A stretch of 64,000 nucleotides of DNA from Candidatus Parcubacteria bacterium (GCA_018669975.1 JABHSK010000007.1:64390-128389), one strand, 5' to 3'. Positions 15,854-26,165 are shown, counted from the first letter of the stretch. Program-made: numbers and translations. Notes: a model not told the origin generated them from the sequence alone.

Positions 15854-17431
15854 ATGCAGAGACCAAAACCAGTAGTACTAATAATTTTAGATGGATTCGG
15901 CATAGCTCCACCTTCACGAGCCAATGCTATTTCTTTGGCTAAAACGCCAAATTTTGATAAGTATGCCTCCAATTATCCAATTATGCCAGTATCAGCTAGC
16001 GGTGAAGCCGTTGGTTTGTCCTGGGGTGAAATGGGTAATTCACAGGTAGGTCATTTATCTTTAGGCTCAGGTATTATTCCTTATCAACTATTGCCTAGGA
16101 TTACCAAATCAGTTACCGATGGAGATTTCTATGAAAATGAAGCTTTTTTGAAGGCTTGTAAGCATGCCAAAAAGAATGACAGTGCCCTTCATATAATGGG
16201 CCTAGTTAGTAATGGAGGTATTCATAGTTATAATGAACATCTTTATGCTTTGGTAGAATTGGCACATAAGCAAAAAGTAAATAGGCTTTATATACATGCT
16301 TTTTTGGATGGTCGTGATACCCCGTACAATAGTGGTTTGACTTTTATTACCAAATTACAAGACAAGCTAAAAATCATTGGTATTGGTGCTATTGCTACTT
16401 TAGCAGGCCGTTTTCATGCTATGGATAGAGATAACCGTTGGGATAGAACTGAGGGAGCTTTTAGAGCTATAGTTGATGGTGTTTCAGCTAAGCAGTTTAA
16501 AGATCCTCTAGAAGCTATACAGAAATCATATGATGACAAAGTTTATGATGAGGAATTTATACCAACCGTGATTGTGGATGATGTTAATCAACCGCGTGGT
16601 AAAGTTAGCGATGGTGATGCAGTTATATTTTTTAATTTTAGGTCAGATAGAGCTAGGCAGCTAACCAAGGCTTTGGTGTTGCCCGGGTTTGAAAAATTTA
16701 AAAGAGAATACTTTAAAAATTTATACATGGCTACTATGGCCGAGTATGAAAAAGATTTGCCGGTTATTGTAGCTTTTCCACCACTGACCATTGAGATGCC
16801 TCTGGCTAGAGTGATCTCTGAAGCAGGATTGAAACAATTGCATATAGCTGAGACAGAGAAGTATGCCCATGTTACTTATTTTTTCAATGGCGGTAAAGAA
16901 ATTATTTATGAAGGAGAAGATAGAATATTAGTGCCATCGCCAGCAGTAACCTCCTATGATCAAAAACCAGCTATGTCTGCTCGTGAAATGACTGCCAAGA
17001 CTACACAGGCTATCAAAGAGGGAAAGTATGATTTTATAGTCATGAATTTTGCCAATGCGGATATGGTAGGACACACTGGTAATATGCAAGCGGCCATAGA
17101 GTCTATAGAAATTTTAGATCAGGTGGTTGCGGAAATTGTAGAAACTGCCTTATCATATGATGGCGTTTGCCTAATCACTTCTGATCACGGCAATGTAGAG
17201 GCTATGCATGATCCTCAAACTGGCGTGATAGATAAGGAGCATACAAATAATCCAGTACCTTTGTTTATTATAGGAAATGAATTTGCTGGAAAAAGTGTTT
17301 TGACTGGCGTGACAGGCACAGACCTTAGTCATGTTACACCAGTGGGTGTTTTGTCAGATATTTCCCCGACAGTTTTGAAAATTTTAGGAATAAAAAGACC
17401 ACCGGAGATGACCGGTAGCTCTTTAGTTTAA
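15854..17431 (+). CDS. gpmI: 2,3-bisphosphoglycerate-independent phosphoglycerate mutase, copy 2
   Basis: LDGFG, MGNSQVGH, DGRD, AETEKYAHVT, DMVGH, SDHGN, EHT. Confidence 0.95.
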   Translation: MQRPKPVVLIILDGFGIAPPSRANAISLAKTPNFDKYASNYPIMPVSASGEAVGLSWGEMGNSQVGHLSLGSGIIPYQLLPRITKSVTDGDFYENEAFLKACKHAKKNDSALHIMGLVSNGGIHSYNEHLYALVELAHKQKVNRLYIHAFLDGRDTPYNSGLTFITKLQDKLKIIGIGAIATLAGRFHAMDRDNRWDRTEGAFRAIVDGVSAKQFKDPLEAIQKSYDDKVYDEEFIPTVIVDDVNQPRGKVSDGDAVIFFNFRSDRARQLTKALVLPGFEKFKREYFKNLYMATMAEYEKDLPVIVAFPPLTIEMPLARVISEAGLKQLHIAETEKYAHVTYFFNGGKEIIYEGEDRILVPSPAVTSYDQKPAMSAREMTAKTTQAIKEGKYDFIVMNFANADMVGHTGNMQAAIESIEILDQVVAEIVETALSYDGVCLITSDHGNVEAMHDPQTGVIDKEHTNNPVPLFIIGNEFAGKSVLTGVTGTDLSHVTPVGVLSDISPTVLKILGIKRPPEMTGSSLV

Positions 17432-17439
17432 AGTTTAAA

Positions 17440-17871
17440 TTAAGACCAGATCATTATAGCGGCCATTGTCAGCACCAAGCTGATTAGGGATCCAACTATA
17501 ATTTCGATATTTTTATGACCGAAGCGCTCGTTTAGTACAGGAAATTTATATTCCTGCTTATCAGGCAGTTCTTTAATTAGCTTGTTGAGAATTTGTCCGT
17601 GAGTACCTAAATGCCAACGAATACCAGAGGCATCACGAATAGTAAATAGGGTGATAATGATAGCAATAGCAAATTCTGGAGAATCCATACCTTGGTAATA
17701 GCCCATGACTGTGGCCAGAGATACTACTAGAGCTGCATGACTAGAGGGCATACCGCCATAACTAAGTATAGATGGTAATGAAAAATTTCCCTTTAGTATT
17801 TCTATAATAACTTTAATTCCTTGGTTAATGATCATTATTGCCAAGGGTATGATAAATAATTTGTATTCCAT
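17440..17871 (-). CDS. Divergent PAP2 family (DUF212) membrane protein
   Basis: GGMPSSH, DASGIR, GH motifs. Confidence 0.88.
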   Translation of the reverse strand: MEYKLFIIPLAIMIINQGIKVIIEILKGNFSLPSILSYGGMPSSHAALVVSLATVMGYYQGMDSPEFAIAIIITLFTIRDASGIRWHLGTHGQILNKLIKELPDKQEYKFPVLNERFGHKNIEIIVGSLISLVLTMAAIMIWS

Positions 17872-17928
17872 AAGACGAATATATAATAATTATATACAAT
17901 CATTATAACAAAAATTAAGTAAAAGACA

Positions 17929-18681
17929 ATGAATATAATAGAAATTTCTTTTTTAGGGGTTGTTCAGGGTATAACAGAGTGGTTACCTGTTTCTAGCTCA
18001 GGGCACCTAGTATTATTTACACAATGGCTTAATATACAAGATTCTTCGTTGGCTTTTGATATATTTTTGCATGTAGCGAGTTTGGCGGTGATTATATTTT
18101 TCTTTAGAAAGCAAATCATCGAGGCTATTGAAAATTCTCTCAACAAAAGACATAAAAATAAAGACAAGAAAGACTGGTTGTGGTATATAGCTCTCAGTAG
18201 TTTAGTGACAGCAGTGGTTGGGTTGATATTTTATAGATACATGGGTGCTTTCCGAAATAGTGCTTCAGTATCAGATTGGTTACTGGTCACTTCTATTTTG
18301 TTGTTAGCTACAAAATTTAGTAAGGAGCATAAAAATATTGGTTGGGGACACGCCTTGGTACTTGGTTTAGCACAGGGTTTTGGTGTGTTGCCAGGCTTGT
18401 CTAGGAGTGGAGTGGTGATAGCAGTGGCTTTGATTATGGGTGTAAAGAAGAAACAAGCCTTTGAATATGCTTTTATTATGGCCATCCCAGCTATTCTAGG
18501 ATCATTTATCCTGTCACTAGGTGATTTTAACTGGCAATGGGTATATTTGATTGGTTTTGCTTTGACAGTAGTTGTTAGTTATTTAACTTTAAATTTATTA
18601 CGTATAATTATAAATAGGAATTATTTTTATTTATTTTTTATTTATACTTTACTTTTAGCATTAATCATTAAAACTCTCTAA
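17929..18681 (+). CDS. uppP: Undecaprenyl-diphosphatase
   Basis: QGITEWLPVSSSGH and PGLSRSG motifs. Confidence 0.95.
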   Translation: MNIIEISFLGVVQGITEWLPVSSSGHLVLFTQWLNIQDSSLAFDIFLHVASLAVIIFFFRKQIIEAIENSLNKRHKNKDKKDWLWYIALSSLVTAVVGLIFYRYMGAFRNSASVSDWLLVTSILLLATKFSKEHKNIGWGHALVLGLAQGFGVLPGLSRSGVVIAVALIMGVKKKQAFEYAFIMAIPAILGSFILSLGDFNWQWVYLIGFALTVVVSYLTLNLLRIIINRNYFYLFFIYTLLLALIIKTL

Positions 18682-19736
18682 TGCTTTATCCAGTTATTCT
18701 AGCAGGGGGGATAGGCAGTAGGCTGTGGCCGATATCAAATAGTAATCAGCCAAAACAGTTTAGAGCCTTGCTCAACGATAAAACTTTACTGCAAAATACA
18801 TATCAGAGGATTATTCAGGGCTTTGATCCAAAGTCAGTTTTTGTGACTACCAATTCAAATATGGCAGAGACTGTCATAGAGCAACTTGGTATTAAGCAGC
18901 AACAGTTGTTTGTTGAACCAATAGCCAAAGGTACAGCTATCGCTATTGGCTTGGCAGCTTTGCGTTTAACACAAATAGACAAAGAGGCAATCTTAGTTAC
19001 CATCAACAGTGATCACTACATTAAAGATGAGAAGGCCTATATAAAAACCATTAAACAGGCTGGTAAATTAGTTGAGAAGAACCCTGATAAAATGGTTTTG
19101 GTTGGAATAAAACCAGAATACCCTGAAACCGGTTATGGCTATATCGAACTTGGTAAAAAACAGCCTGGCCAGGTATATAATGTTGATTCATTTAGAGAGA
19201 AGCCAAATGTAAAAACTGCTCAACAGTACATCGAAGCTGGAAATTATCTTTGGAATCCAGCTATTTTTGTATGTCGAGCCAAACAACTATTAGCTTGGTA
19301 TAAACAATTTTTGCCAGAGATATACCAGGCTTTGATGGATATTAAAAAGCAAAAAACAATAGCCGCAATAAAGAAAATATATGAACAAGTTAAAAATGTC
19401 AGCATTGACATAGGCTTGTTAGAAAAGATGTCAGATATGTTGGTAATACCAGCAGATTTTGGTTGGGCTGATATTGGACACTGGCGCAGCTTGCGTGATG
19501 TGCAGTTGGTCAACAAGGGTGATGGTAATGTCACTAACAGTCAAACGGTGCTACTTGAAAGTAATAATAATTTGTTGTACAGTTTTAGTGGCAAGCTGGT
19601 GACTACCATTGGCGTACACGATATGATATTGGTAGAAACTGAGGATGTATTATTTCTCTGTCCAGCCGATAGGGTTCATGAGATTAAAGAATTATCAGCT
19701 GAAATTAAATCAAACAATTTAGATAAATACTTATGA
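18681..19736 (+). CDS. manC: Mannose-1-phosphate guanylyltransferase
   Basis: ILAGGIGSRLWPIS..PKQF, PETGYGYI, FREKP, WADIGHW. Confidence 0.9.
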   Translation: MLYPVILAGGIGSRLWPISNSNQPKQFRALLNDKTLLQNTYQRIIQGFDPKSVFVTTNSNMAETVIEQLGIKQQQLFVEPIAKGTAIAIGLAALRLTQIDKEAILVTINSDHYIKDEKAYIKTIKQAGKLVEKNPDKMVLVGIKPEYPETGYGYIELGKKQPGQVYNVDSFREKPNVKTAQQYIEAGNYLWNPAIFVCRAKQLLAWYKQFLPEIYQALMDIKKQKTIAAIKKIYEQVKNVSIDIGLLEKMSDMLVIPADFGWADIGHWRSLRDVQLVNKGDGNVTNSQTVLLESNNNLLYSFSGKLVTTIGVHDMILVETEDVLFLCPADRVHEIKELSAEIKSNNLDKYL

Positions 19737-20728
19737 TTCAAGTTATTATAAAATTTATTTTATTAGTGGGTGTGGTTATTTCCTTATGGTTTTTGACTGT
19801 GGTTATTTCTGGCAATGATCTAAATGAGCAAGATTCTTTTGTTATTGAAAGTGGTCAGGGAGTTAATCAGATCAGTGAAAACCTGCATAAAGAAAGTCTT
19901 ATAAAAAATAAATTTGTATTTGAAACTTGGCTATGGTTGAAAAAATCAGAGAGCAGAGTAGTGGCTGGCGTATATTCTCTACCAGATAATCTTTCTATTC
20001 GTCAATTGGCCAACATGTTGGTAGCTGGACCTGAAAAGGCACAGGGGTCTATCACGTTACTAGAAGGCTGGAGTAGACCTTTTATGGCTGAGGCAGTTGA
20101 TAAAATTGGTTTGTCTGAGCAGAAATTTTTGAGATTAACCAATAGTAAGTTAGACTGGGTGGACGATTATGATTTTTTAAATGATGCACCAAATAGCGCT
20201 ACCCTAGAGGGTTATATTTTTCCAGATACTTATTATATAGACGAGTATACTAATGAGGGTGATATAATTGTTAAATGTTTGAATAATTTTGATAGGAAGA
20301 TGACAGATAAGCTTCGGGATGAGGCTGACAGGCAAGGTAAGAGCATTTTTGAGGTTATTACCCTAGCTTCTATTATTGAGCGTGAAGTTCCAGTTTATGC
20401 AGATAAAAAAATGATTGCTGATATTTTTCTCAAACGTTTAGATGTTGATATGGGTCTACAGTCAGATGCTACTATTAATTTTATCACTGGTAAAAAAGAC
20501 CCTACCCCGTCACTGGATGATTTACAGGTAGATTCCCCATATAATACTTATAAGTATCGTGGTTTGACTCCAGGGCCGATTTCTAGTCCAGGGATAGATA
20601 GCATTGAGGCCGTTTTATACCCTAGCTCCAATGCCTATTATTATTTTTTAACTACCCCAGAAGGGGATGTAATCTATAGTGTAGATCATGATGAGCATGT
20701 AGCTAACAAGAATAAATATCTTAAGTAG
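19733..20728 (+). CDS. mltG: Endolytic transglycosylase MltG
   Basis: LEGYIFPDTY, LASIIERE, LQSDAT, SPYNTY..GL.PGPI. Confidence 0.95.
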   Translation: MIQVIIKFILLVGVVISLWFLTVVISGNDLNEQDSFVIESGQGVNQISENLHKESLIKNKFVFETWLWLKKSESRVVAGVYSLPDNLSIRQLANMLVAGPEKAQGSITLLEGWSRPFMAEAVDKIGLSEQKFLRLTNSKLDWVDDYDFLNDAPNSATLEGYIFPDTYYIDEYTNEGDIIVKCLNNFDRKMTDKLRDEADRQGKSIFEVITLASIIEREVPVYADKKMIADIFLKRLDVDMGLQSDATINFITGKKDPTPSLDDLQVDSPYNTYKYRGLTPGPISSPGIDSIEAVLYPSSNAYYYFLTTPEGDVIYSVDHDEHVANKNKYLK

Positions 20729-20736
20729 AATTTCAG

Positions 20737-20765
20737 TTGACACTTTTTCATAGATAGTATATAAT
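20737..20765 (+). promoter_or_regulatory. Sigma70 promoter of rplJL
   Basis: TTGACA-17 bp-TATAAT, perfect consensus. Confidence 0.8.
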
Positions 20766-20784
20766 ATTTTCATCAATCAAATAT

Positions 20785-20897
20785 TGATACCGCAGACAGT
20801 GGGTTATTTAGCTAGTATTAGCTAAGTTATAAATCCTACCGAGGTGCCAAAAAGTAATTTTTAGGTAGTCTGCGGCTCTAATTCGCAGATTTTTTGT
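20785..20897 (+). promoter_or_regulatory. Ribosomal protein L10 leader (autogenous attenuator)
   Basis: CCGCAGACAGTGGG...AAATCCTACCGAGGT core. CCGCAGAC pairs with GTCTGCGG, which can alternatively form a terminator TCTGCGG..TTCGCAGA-T7. Lies upstream of rplJ. Confidence 0.8.
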
Positions 20898-20912
20898 TTA
20901 AATAACAAATAT

Positions 20913-21434
20913 ATGGCTAAAACTAAAGAACAAAAAAAGAAAATTTTGGACGTCTTGAAGGATAAGATAGCCAAGAGTAAGTCAGTTGTTTTTAGTTCTG
21001 ACAATGGTGCTACTGTACAATCAGTGGAATCTTTGAGAAAAGAACTAAGAGATAATGGTGCAGAGTACTTAGTTACCAAAAAGACTTTACTTAAATTAGC
21101 TACCAAAGACGTAGAGGGCGAAAATCAAGTCGAAGATTTAAGCGGTTCAGTTGGCTTAACATTATCCTATGAGGATGAAGCCACTGGAGCCAATGTGGTT
21201 AATAAATTTGCTAAGAAACAGGAGTCATTTGAGTTGTCAGGTGGTATCTTGGAAGGTGGATTTATTTTACCAGAAAAGATCAAAGTATTGGCTACTTTGC
21301 CAAGCAGAGAACAATTGCTAGCTAAATTGGTTGGTTCAATTCAATCACCAATTACAGGTATGGTTAGAGTTTTGAGCGGCAATACACGTGATTTAGTAGG
21401 TGTATTAAATGCTATCAAAGAAAAAAAGAGTTAA
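20913..21434 (+). CDS. rplJ: 50S ribosomal protein L10
   Basis: LRKELR..GAEY.V.KKTL and LATLPSREQLLAKL. Confidence 0.97.
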   Translation: MAKTKEQKKKILDVLKDKIAKSKSVVFSSDNGATVQSVESLRKELRDNGAEYLVTKKTLLKLATKDVEGENQVEDLSGSVGLTLSYEDEATGANVVNKFAKKQESFELSGGILEGGFILPEKIKVLATLPSREQLLAKLVGSIQSPITGMVRVLSGNTRDLVGVLNAIKEKKS

Positions 21435-21467
21435 CATATAATTAATAATCAATAATAAATAAATATT

Positions 21468-21887
21468 ATGTCAGAAGAAAAAAAGACTGAAGAGAAAAAG
21501 GACGTAGCAGTACCTGCTAAATTCAAAGGTATTGTCGAGGAAATCGAAAAAATGTCAGTACTCGATTTATCAGAATTAGTTTCTCTTTTAGAAGACAAAT
21601 TTGGTGTTAGCGCTGCTGCTCCAGTAGCTATGGCTGCTGCTCCAGCTGGTGATGCCGGTGAAGCTGCTGAAGAAAAAACAAGCTTCAATGTTGAATTGAC
21701 TAGCACTGGTGACAACAAGATTGGTGTCATTAAAGCTATTAGAGAGATTACACAAATTGGATTAAAGGAAGCTAAGGACATGGCTGATGGTGCTCCAGTT
21801 ATTGTTAAAGAAGGTGTAGCTAAAGAAGAAGCCGAAGAACTTAAGAAAAAACTTGAGGAAGCCGGTGGTAGTGTTACCCTAAAATAA
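21468..21887 (+). CDS. rplL: 50S ribosomal protein L7/L12
   Basis: [28 protein letters not shown]. Confidence 0.98.
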   Translation: MSEEKKTEEKKDVAVPAKFKGIVEEIEKMSVLDLSELVSLLEDKFGVSAAAPVAMAAAPAGDAGEAAEEKTSFNVELTSTGDNKIGVIKAIREITQIGLKEAKDMADGAPVIVKEGVAKEEAEELKKKLEEAGGSVTLK

Positions 21888-21899
21888 ATTACTCAATTA

Positions 21900-21930
21900 A
21901 AAAACACCCTCGCAATGCGAGGGTGTTTTT
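21900..21930. terminator. Bidirectional intrinsic terminator
   Basis: AAAAACACCCTCGC-aat-GCGAGGGTGTTTTT between convergent genes. Confidence 0.88.
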
Positions 21931-21934
21931 GTTT

Positions 21935-24076
21935 TTAGTTTATAGCCAAGAGGTATAGGTGATTGCCATTTAGTAAATAGATGGCTTTTTCTTCTGGGTC
22001 AACTGCCAGATCAGTTAGATTGTCAAATTTTTGAGAAGTATACTGGTCTTTTATGTTGCCCTCTTTATCCAAAACTATAATACGCATATTTTGTGGATCT
22101 ATAATATATAGATAGTCAGAATCGCGGAAAGTTTTAATGGTAGCCCCAGCACCTATAACTGGTCTAGGTTGATGGTAGTCAAAATCTTCTTCCTGACCCT
22201 TGAGGAAATTTCGGATATCGCCGTTGTTTTCAATAGTATAAATACTGCCATCGACAGTTAGGCTATTTGCCTGGGATATTTCTAACTCTTCTTTAAGCCA
22301 AATAGAACCGCCACCAAAGCTATTACCACGTTCAGGGTATTTGAATATTTGATTATTGGCAGCATCTAAAACATATAAGTTATTTCCATATATGGTTAGG
22401 TCAGTCACTTCAGTGTTGTTACTAACAGGCTTGAAGACCTCCAATGATTCTTTGTTAGCTAGATCAAATGTAAAATAGTTTAATTCGTTATCGGTACCGA
22501 GAGAACTCATAACTACCTTATCTTTTTCAGGCCAATCAGTCATAGAATTTACCACGACATCAGTAAAATTATCCAATGAAGTGAAAGTCTCATCTTTGAT
22601 CATGAAAATTTGATTGTCTGCTAGTAGATAGAAACTTCCATCTTTTTGGACAATATTTTGACTAGATAATATAGAGTCTACAGGGATAATGATTTCTACA
22701 GGGGAGGGCACGACGTGAATATGACGTACTTTATTTAGCTCATGGAAAGCTTTTTCTTTTATGTCGTCTATCTCAGCTTGTTGTTCAGGTGAATTAATAG
22801 GTGTATTATTGATAACTTCATTAATGGCTAAAATTATTTCTTCGGCTGCCTCTTCATCATTATAGATTAACTTAGCCTCTACTTCATTAAATTTATTATT
22901 TATTTCTTGTAGATTGTTATTAAAAGTTTCATCTTTTTGTTCGGTGTCTTTTTTTTGAGTTAAAAACACTAAACTCTGTAAAAATACAAGCAATATAATG
23001 AATAGGGCTATGATAGCTATTTTCTTTTTTGTGGTTAATTTTTGGAACCAGCCGTATTTTTTGTCTGTCATATTTTTAAGGCTGTCCAAAGTTTCCGCTT
23101 CTTTATTGCGTCTATATTTTCCAGAAAATACAAATAAAAGGCCATTTTTTATTTTTTGGTAGATATAAATAAGCATTTTCCAGATAGTTGCAAAGAATAA
23201 CCCAACTAGGCCAAAGAATTTTCCAATAAAGTGTAATGATTTTACATTTTTGAATCCCTTAGGGTCGATTACTAGTTTGGTGCGGGCAGCTGGAGCCTTG
23301 GATTTGGAAGAACGATAGTCTTGAGCTGATTTATCAGGTGTTAGTAGTGTCTTCTCATCTTCTGGATATATATCTTCAATGTTTTCTTCTTTAGCTTTGA
23401 TGTCGTCGGCAGTAATTTCAATATCAGCAGAGGTAGAGCTTTTTATAAGTAGTGAGTTGAAAGTGACGAAATCGGGTACAGTTTCTAGGAGTTCATTTAT
23501 CTTTAAAGCAGCACCTCTAGGTGTATAACGTTTGACTAGTTGTTTTATTTTTTCTCTAGAAATGTAATCAAAGAGTGAGTTAGTGGAGACCATCAGTACA
23601 TCCCGAGCATCTAATTGTCCACTGACTATGTCAGCAAAGATTTTAGTGGGATTAATGTCAGTGTTTTTTTCTAAAATAGGTGTTACTTGTCCATGGTGTA
23701 TTAATAAAGCATTGATATTACCAATGCTAGCCACGTAGACACTATCTCGATGGAAAATTCCCACAGCTAAATCAATAGTAGATAACCAATTTCTAATTTT
23801 TATAGAAGCACCTAAATTAGGTAATAATTGATTTAGTTCTTGTAAGATTTCTTCTAGTAGTATTTCAGGGTCTTCTTGGTTGCTGGTTTCGAAATAAGTA
23901 CTAGCTTGATTGATTATTTCATCAAGGGCTGACTGTTGATCTATCTTATGTTTGGGTAATTCTAGGATAAGAAACAAACGACCACGATCAGTGGGGTCGC
24001 TAATATATAGTTCAGAGAGTTCACGAGAATTGATGTGGTCGTGGGTGAATATTTTATTGTATTTTAGTTCAGCCAT
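21935..24076 (-). CDS. Membrane protein: degenerate PP2C-like N-domain, TM helix and extracellular NHL-like beta-propeller
   Basis: VYVASIGNINALL and DVLMVSTNSLFD are PP2C-like without the metal-binding Asp residues. TM near residue 355. LYVLD/LYIID repeats. Confidence 0.65.
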   Translation of the reverse strand: MAELKYNKIFTHDHINSRELSELYISDPTDRGRLFLILELPKHKIDQQSALDEIINQASTYFETSNQEDPEILLEEILQELNQLLPNLGASIKIRNWLSTIDLAVGIFHRDSVYVASIGNINALLIHHGQVTPILEKNTDINPTKIFADIVSGQLDARDVLMVSTNSLFDYISREKIKQLVKRYTPRGAALKINELLETVPDFVTFNSLLIKSSTSADIEITADDIKAKEENIEDIYPEDEKTLLTPDKSAQDYRSSKSKAPAARTKLVIDPKGFKNVKSLHFIGKFFGLVGLFFATIWKMLIYIYQKIKNGLLFVFSGKYRRNKEAETLDSLKNMTDKKYGWFQKLTTKKKIAIIALFIILLVFLQSLVFLTQKKDTEQKDETFNNNLQEINNKFNEVEAKLIYNDEEAAEEIILAINEVINNTPINSPEQQAEIDDIKEKAFHELNKVRHIHVVPSPVEIIIPVDSILSSQNIVQKDGSFYLLADNQIFMIKDETFTSLDNFTDVVVNSMTDWPEKDKVVMSSLGTDNELNYFTFDLANKESLEVFKPVSNNTEVTDLTIYGNNLYVLDAANNQIFKYPERGNSFGGGSIWLKEELEISQANSLTVDGSIYTIENNGDIRNFLKGQEEDFDYHQPRPVIGAGATIKTFRDSDYLYIIDPQNMRIIVLDKEGNIKDQYTSQKFDNLTDLAVDPEEKAIYLLNGNHLYLLAIN

Positions 24077-24147
24077 TTTACATTTGTTTCAAATAATATT
24101 ATACTATATTTAAAGGTTTTAGTAAATAAATCTCAAATCATTTATTT

Positions 24148-24765
24148 ATGCTTGAGCAAATTTTTAGTTCAGTAGCCAGAACCAAGATTTTAAAGCTTTT
24201 TTGTGTCCATGCCCAAGAAAAGTTTTTTATACGGGAATTAGCTCGTCGTTTGGACTTACAATTAAATTCTATTCGTAGAGAATTGAGTAATTTAGAGGAT
24301 TTTGGTATTCTGACTTCAGAGGAATCACAAGGTAAAAAGTATTATTTTACAAATCTTGATTTTGCTTTGTTTCCTGAAATAAAAAATTTGGTTTTTAAAT
24401 CTCTAGCCCTGGAAGAAATGGATATTGCTGATAAAATGTCTAAGATTCCAGGTTTAAAATTGTTAGTTTTTTCTGGAGTGTTAACTGAATCACCAGCAGC
24501 CACCGATGTATTGATAGTAGGTAAGGTAAATAAAACTAAGTTTGATCGTTATCTACGTAAAATATCCGAAGGATTGCCTGAAGATTTACGGTACACTTTT
24601 TTGTCTCTAAGTGATTATCTGTATCGTTTAGAAATAACCGATAAGTTTATTTATGATATTTGGTCAAACTCTAAGGTTATTGTGGTAGATAAAATATCTA
24701 AAGACATGAAGCAGCCGCAAATGATGGATTTTAATTTCAAGCATTTCAAAACAGATAAGAAATAA
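24148..24765 (+). CDS. Winged-helix regulator fused to a degenerate nucleotidyltransferase-like domain
   Basis: FFIRELARRL..QLNSIRREL HTH, then SGVL...TDVLIVG. Confidence 0.7.
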   Translation: MLEQIFSSVARTKILKLFCVHAQEKFFIRELARRLDLQLNSIRRELSNLEDFGILTSEESQGKKYYFTNLDFALFPEIKNLVFKSLALEEMDIADKMSKIPGLKLLVFSGVLTESPAATDVLIVGKVNKTKFDRYLRKISEGLPEDLRYTFLSLSDYLYRLEITDKFIYDIWSNSKVIVVDKISKDMKQPQMMDFNFKHFKTDKK

Positions 24766-24780
24766 TTATAGAGTTTATCA

Positions 24781-24978
24781 ATGTTTATTATTAGATTTTT
24801 AGCTGCGCTAGCATTATTATCAGCTGGAGCCATACATACTTTTCCTGCTTTATGGTTAGCCTGGGATAGGCAAATGCAAGAAACGCCGCATCTTCATAAT
24901 ACCATAGGGCTGATTGCTTTTAGTTTAGGTATTTTAAATTTACTTTTATTATTTTATAAACCAAAAAAAAATTATTAA
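24781..24978 (+). CDS. Small two-TM hypothetical protein
   Basis: Operon-like spacing and two hydrophobic segments. Confidence 0.55.
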   Translation: MFIIRFLAALALLSAGAIHTFPALWLAWDRQMQETPHLHNTIGLIAFSLGILNLLLLFYKPKKNY

Positions 24979-24991
24979 TAAAAACAAAACT

Positions 24992-25204
24992 ATGCCTAAA
25001 AAAACAAACAAGGAGCATAAGCCTAGAAAAAAAGAAGAGGGATTTGGTTTTCACACCGTGATTCTGATTACTATCTTTCTTTTTGTGATTGTCACTTTTG
25101 TAGTAATAGTTCTCTGGCTTCAGATGGAGTTCATTATAAGTGATATAGAGCAATTACGTAATAATTGTGAAACAGCTGGTCAATTTTTGAAGAATCTAGC
25201 ATAG
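24992..25204 (+). CDS. Small single-TM hypothetical protein
   Basis: Basic N-terminus and one TM helix. Sits next to the pilin gene. Confidence 0.55.
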   Translation: MPKKTNKEHKPRKKEEGFGFHTVILITIFLFVIVTFVVIVLWLQMEFIISDIEQLRNNCETAGQFLKNLA

Positions 25205-25215
25205 AATAATTTATT

Positions 25216-25647
25216 ATGGCAAAGAATAATTTTGGATTTACTCTAGTAGAGTTATTAGTGGTTATAGCTATCATTGGCATTTTATCTTCTGTAGCTGTAT
25301 CGCAATTAAACATAGCTCGTAAAAAAGCTATGGTAGCAGCCGTAGAGGAATCCCTGGTTTCTTTAAAGTCAGCTGTTATACTTTGTTATGAGGAGGGTTT
25401 TTATTTAGCGGCTGATAATAGTGCTAGTAATATGTGTGAGGGATCAGAAAATCCTATAGCAGGGCTTAAGATATGTGGGGCTATTTTTGCGCCAACTTGG
25501 CCACATTTGCCAGATGGTTGGAGTTATGTTGATAATTGTTTAGGTGATCTTGGTCGTATGGCTATTTATGAGTTTCGTTATGCGGCTATGGACACCGACG
25601 GTAATAGAGTGGATTGTAATCACAATGGTTGTATTACTACACCTTAA
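25216..25647 (+). CDS. Type IV pilin-like protein
   Basis: Prepilin motif G|FTLVELLVVIAIIGIL and Cys-rich C-terminal domain. Confidence 0.92.
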   Translation: MAKNNFGFTLVELLVVIAIIGILSSVAVSQLNIARKKAMVAAVEESLVSLKSAVILCYEEGFYLAADNSASNMCEGSENPIAGLKICGAIFAPTWPHLPDGWSYVDNCLGDLGRMAIYEFRYAAMDTDGNRVDCNHNGCITTP

Positions 25648-25655
25648 TTTTTTTT

Positions 25656-26084
25656 ATGATTTTAGCCTTACACGTTAAAGATAACAACAATGCCCAGTGG
25701 CTACTGATTGAAGATGGAAACATTGAATTTAGCCATGATTTTTCTATGGGAGTAGGTGAGGATAAAACCCTGGCTAGCTTAGATGATATTTTAAAAGAAA
25801 ATAAATTAGCCTTAGCTGATATTAAAGGTATGGTATTAGCGATTCGTGAGGCCAGTTTAACCCAGGTCAAATTATATACGGCCACTATTAATGCTTTGGG
25901 GTGGCAACATAGTTTACCAGTAATAGGTGAGTTCTATTTCACAGGAGAGTTTGATGTCTTATTACCCAAGTTATTAGATCGATTAGCTCAACAGTCAAAA
26001 TTTGAGCAACTAAAGGTTAAATATCAAAGGGGACCAGACATTACTATTAGTAAGAAACAACCCAAGTACAAGATATCCCAGTAG
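25656..26084 (+). CDS. Short TsaB/YeaZ-like protein
   Basis: MILALH start at ATG 25656. LASLDDILKENKL.L.DI.G...ASLT.VK..TA..NALG and PDIT match truncated TsaB-like proteins. Confidence 0.55.
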   Translation: MILALHVKDNNNAQWLLIEDGNIEFSHDFSMGVGEDKTLASLDDILKENKLALADIKGMVLAIREASLTQVKLYTATINALGWQHSLPVIGEFYFTGEFDVLLPKLLDRLAQQSKFEQLKVKYQRGPDITISKKQPKYKISQ

Positions 26085-26110
26085 CTCTTAATAAGGTTTA
26101 TATTGGAATA

Positions 26111-26146
26111 CATAGGCACTACTTGCATTAAAGTAGTGTTTTATGT
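26111..26146 (+). terminator. Intrinsic terminator
   Basis: GGCACTACTT-gcatta-AAGTAGTGTT followed by a T-rich tract. Confidence 0.6.
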
Positions 26147-26165
26147 TTTAGTTTTGCACAAAGCC

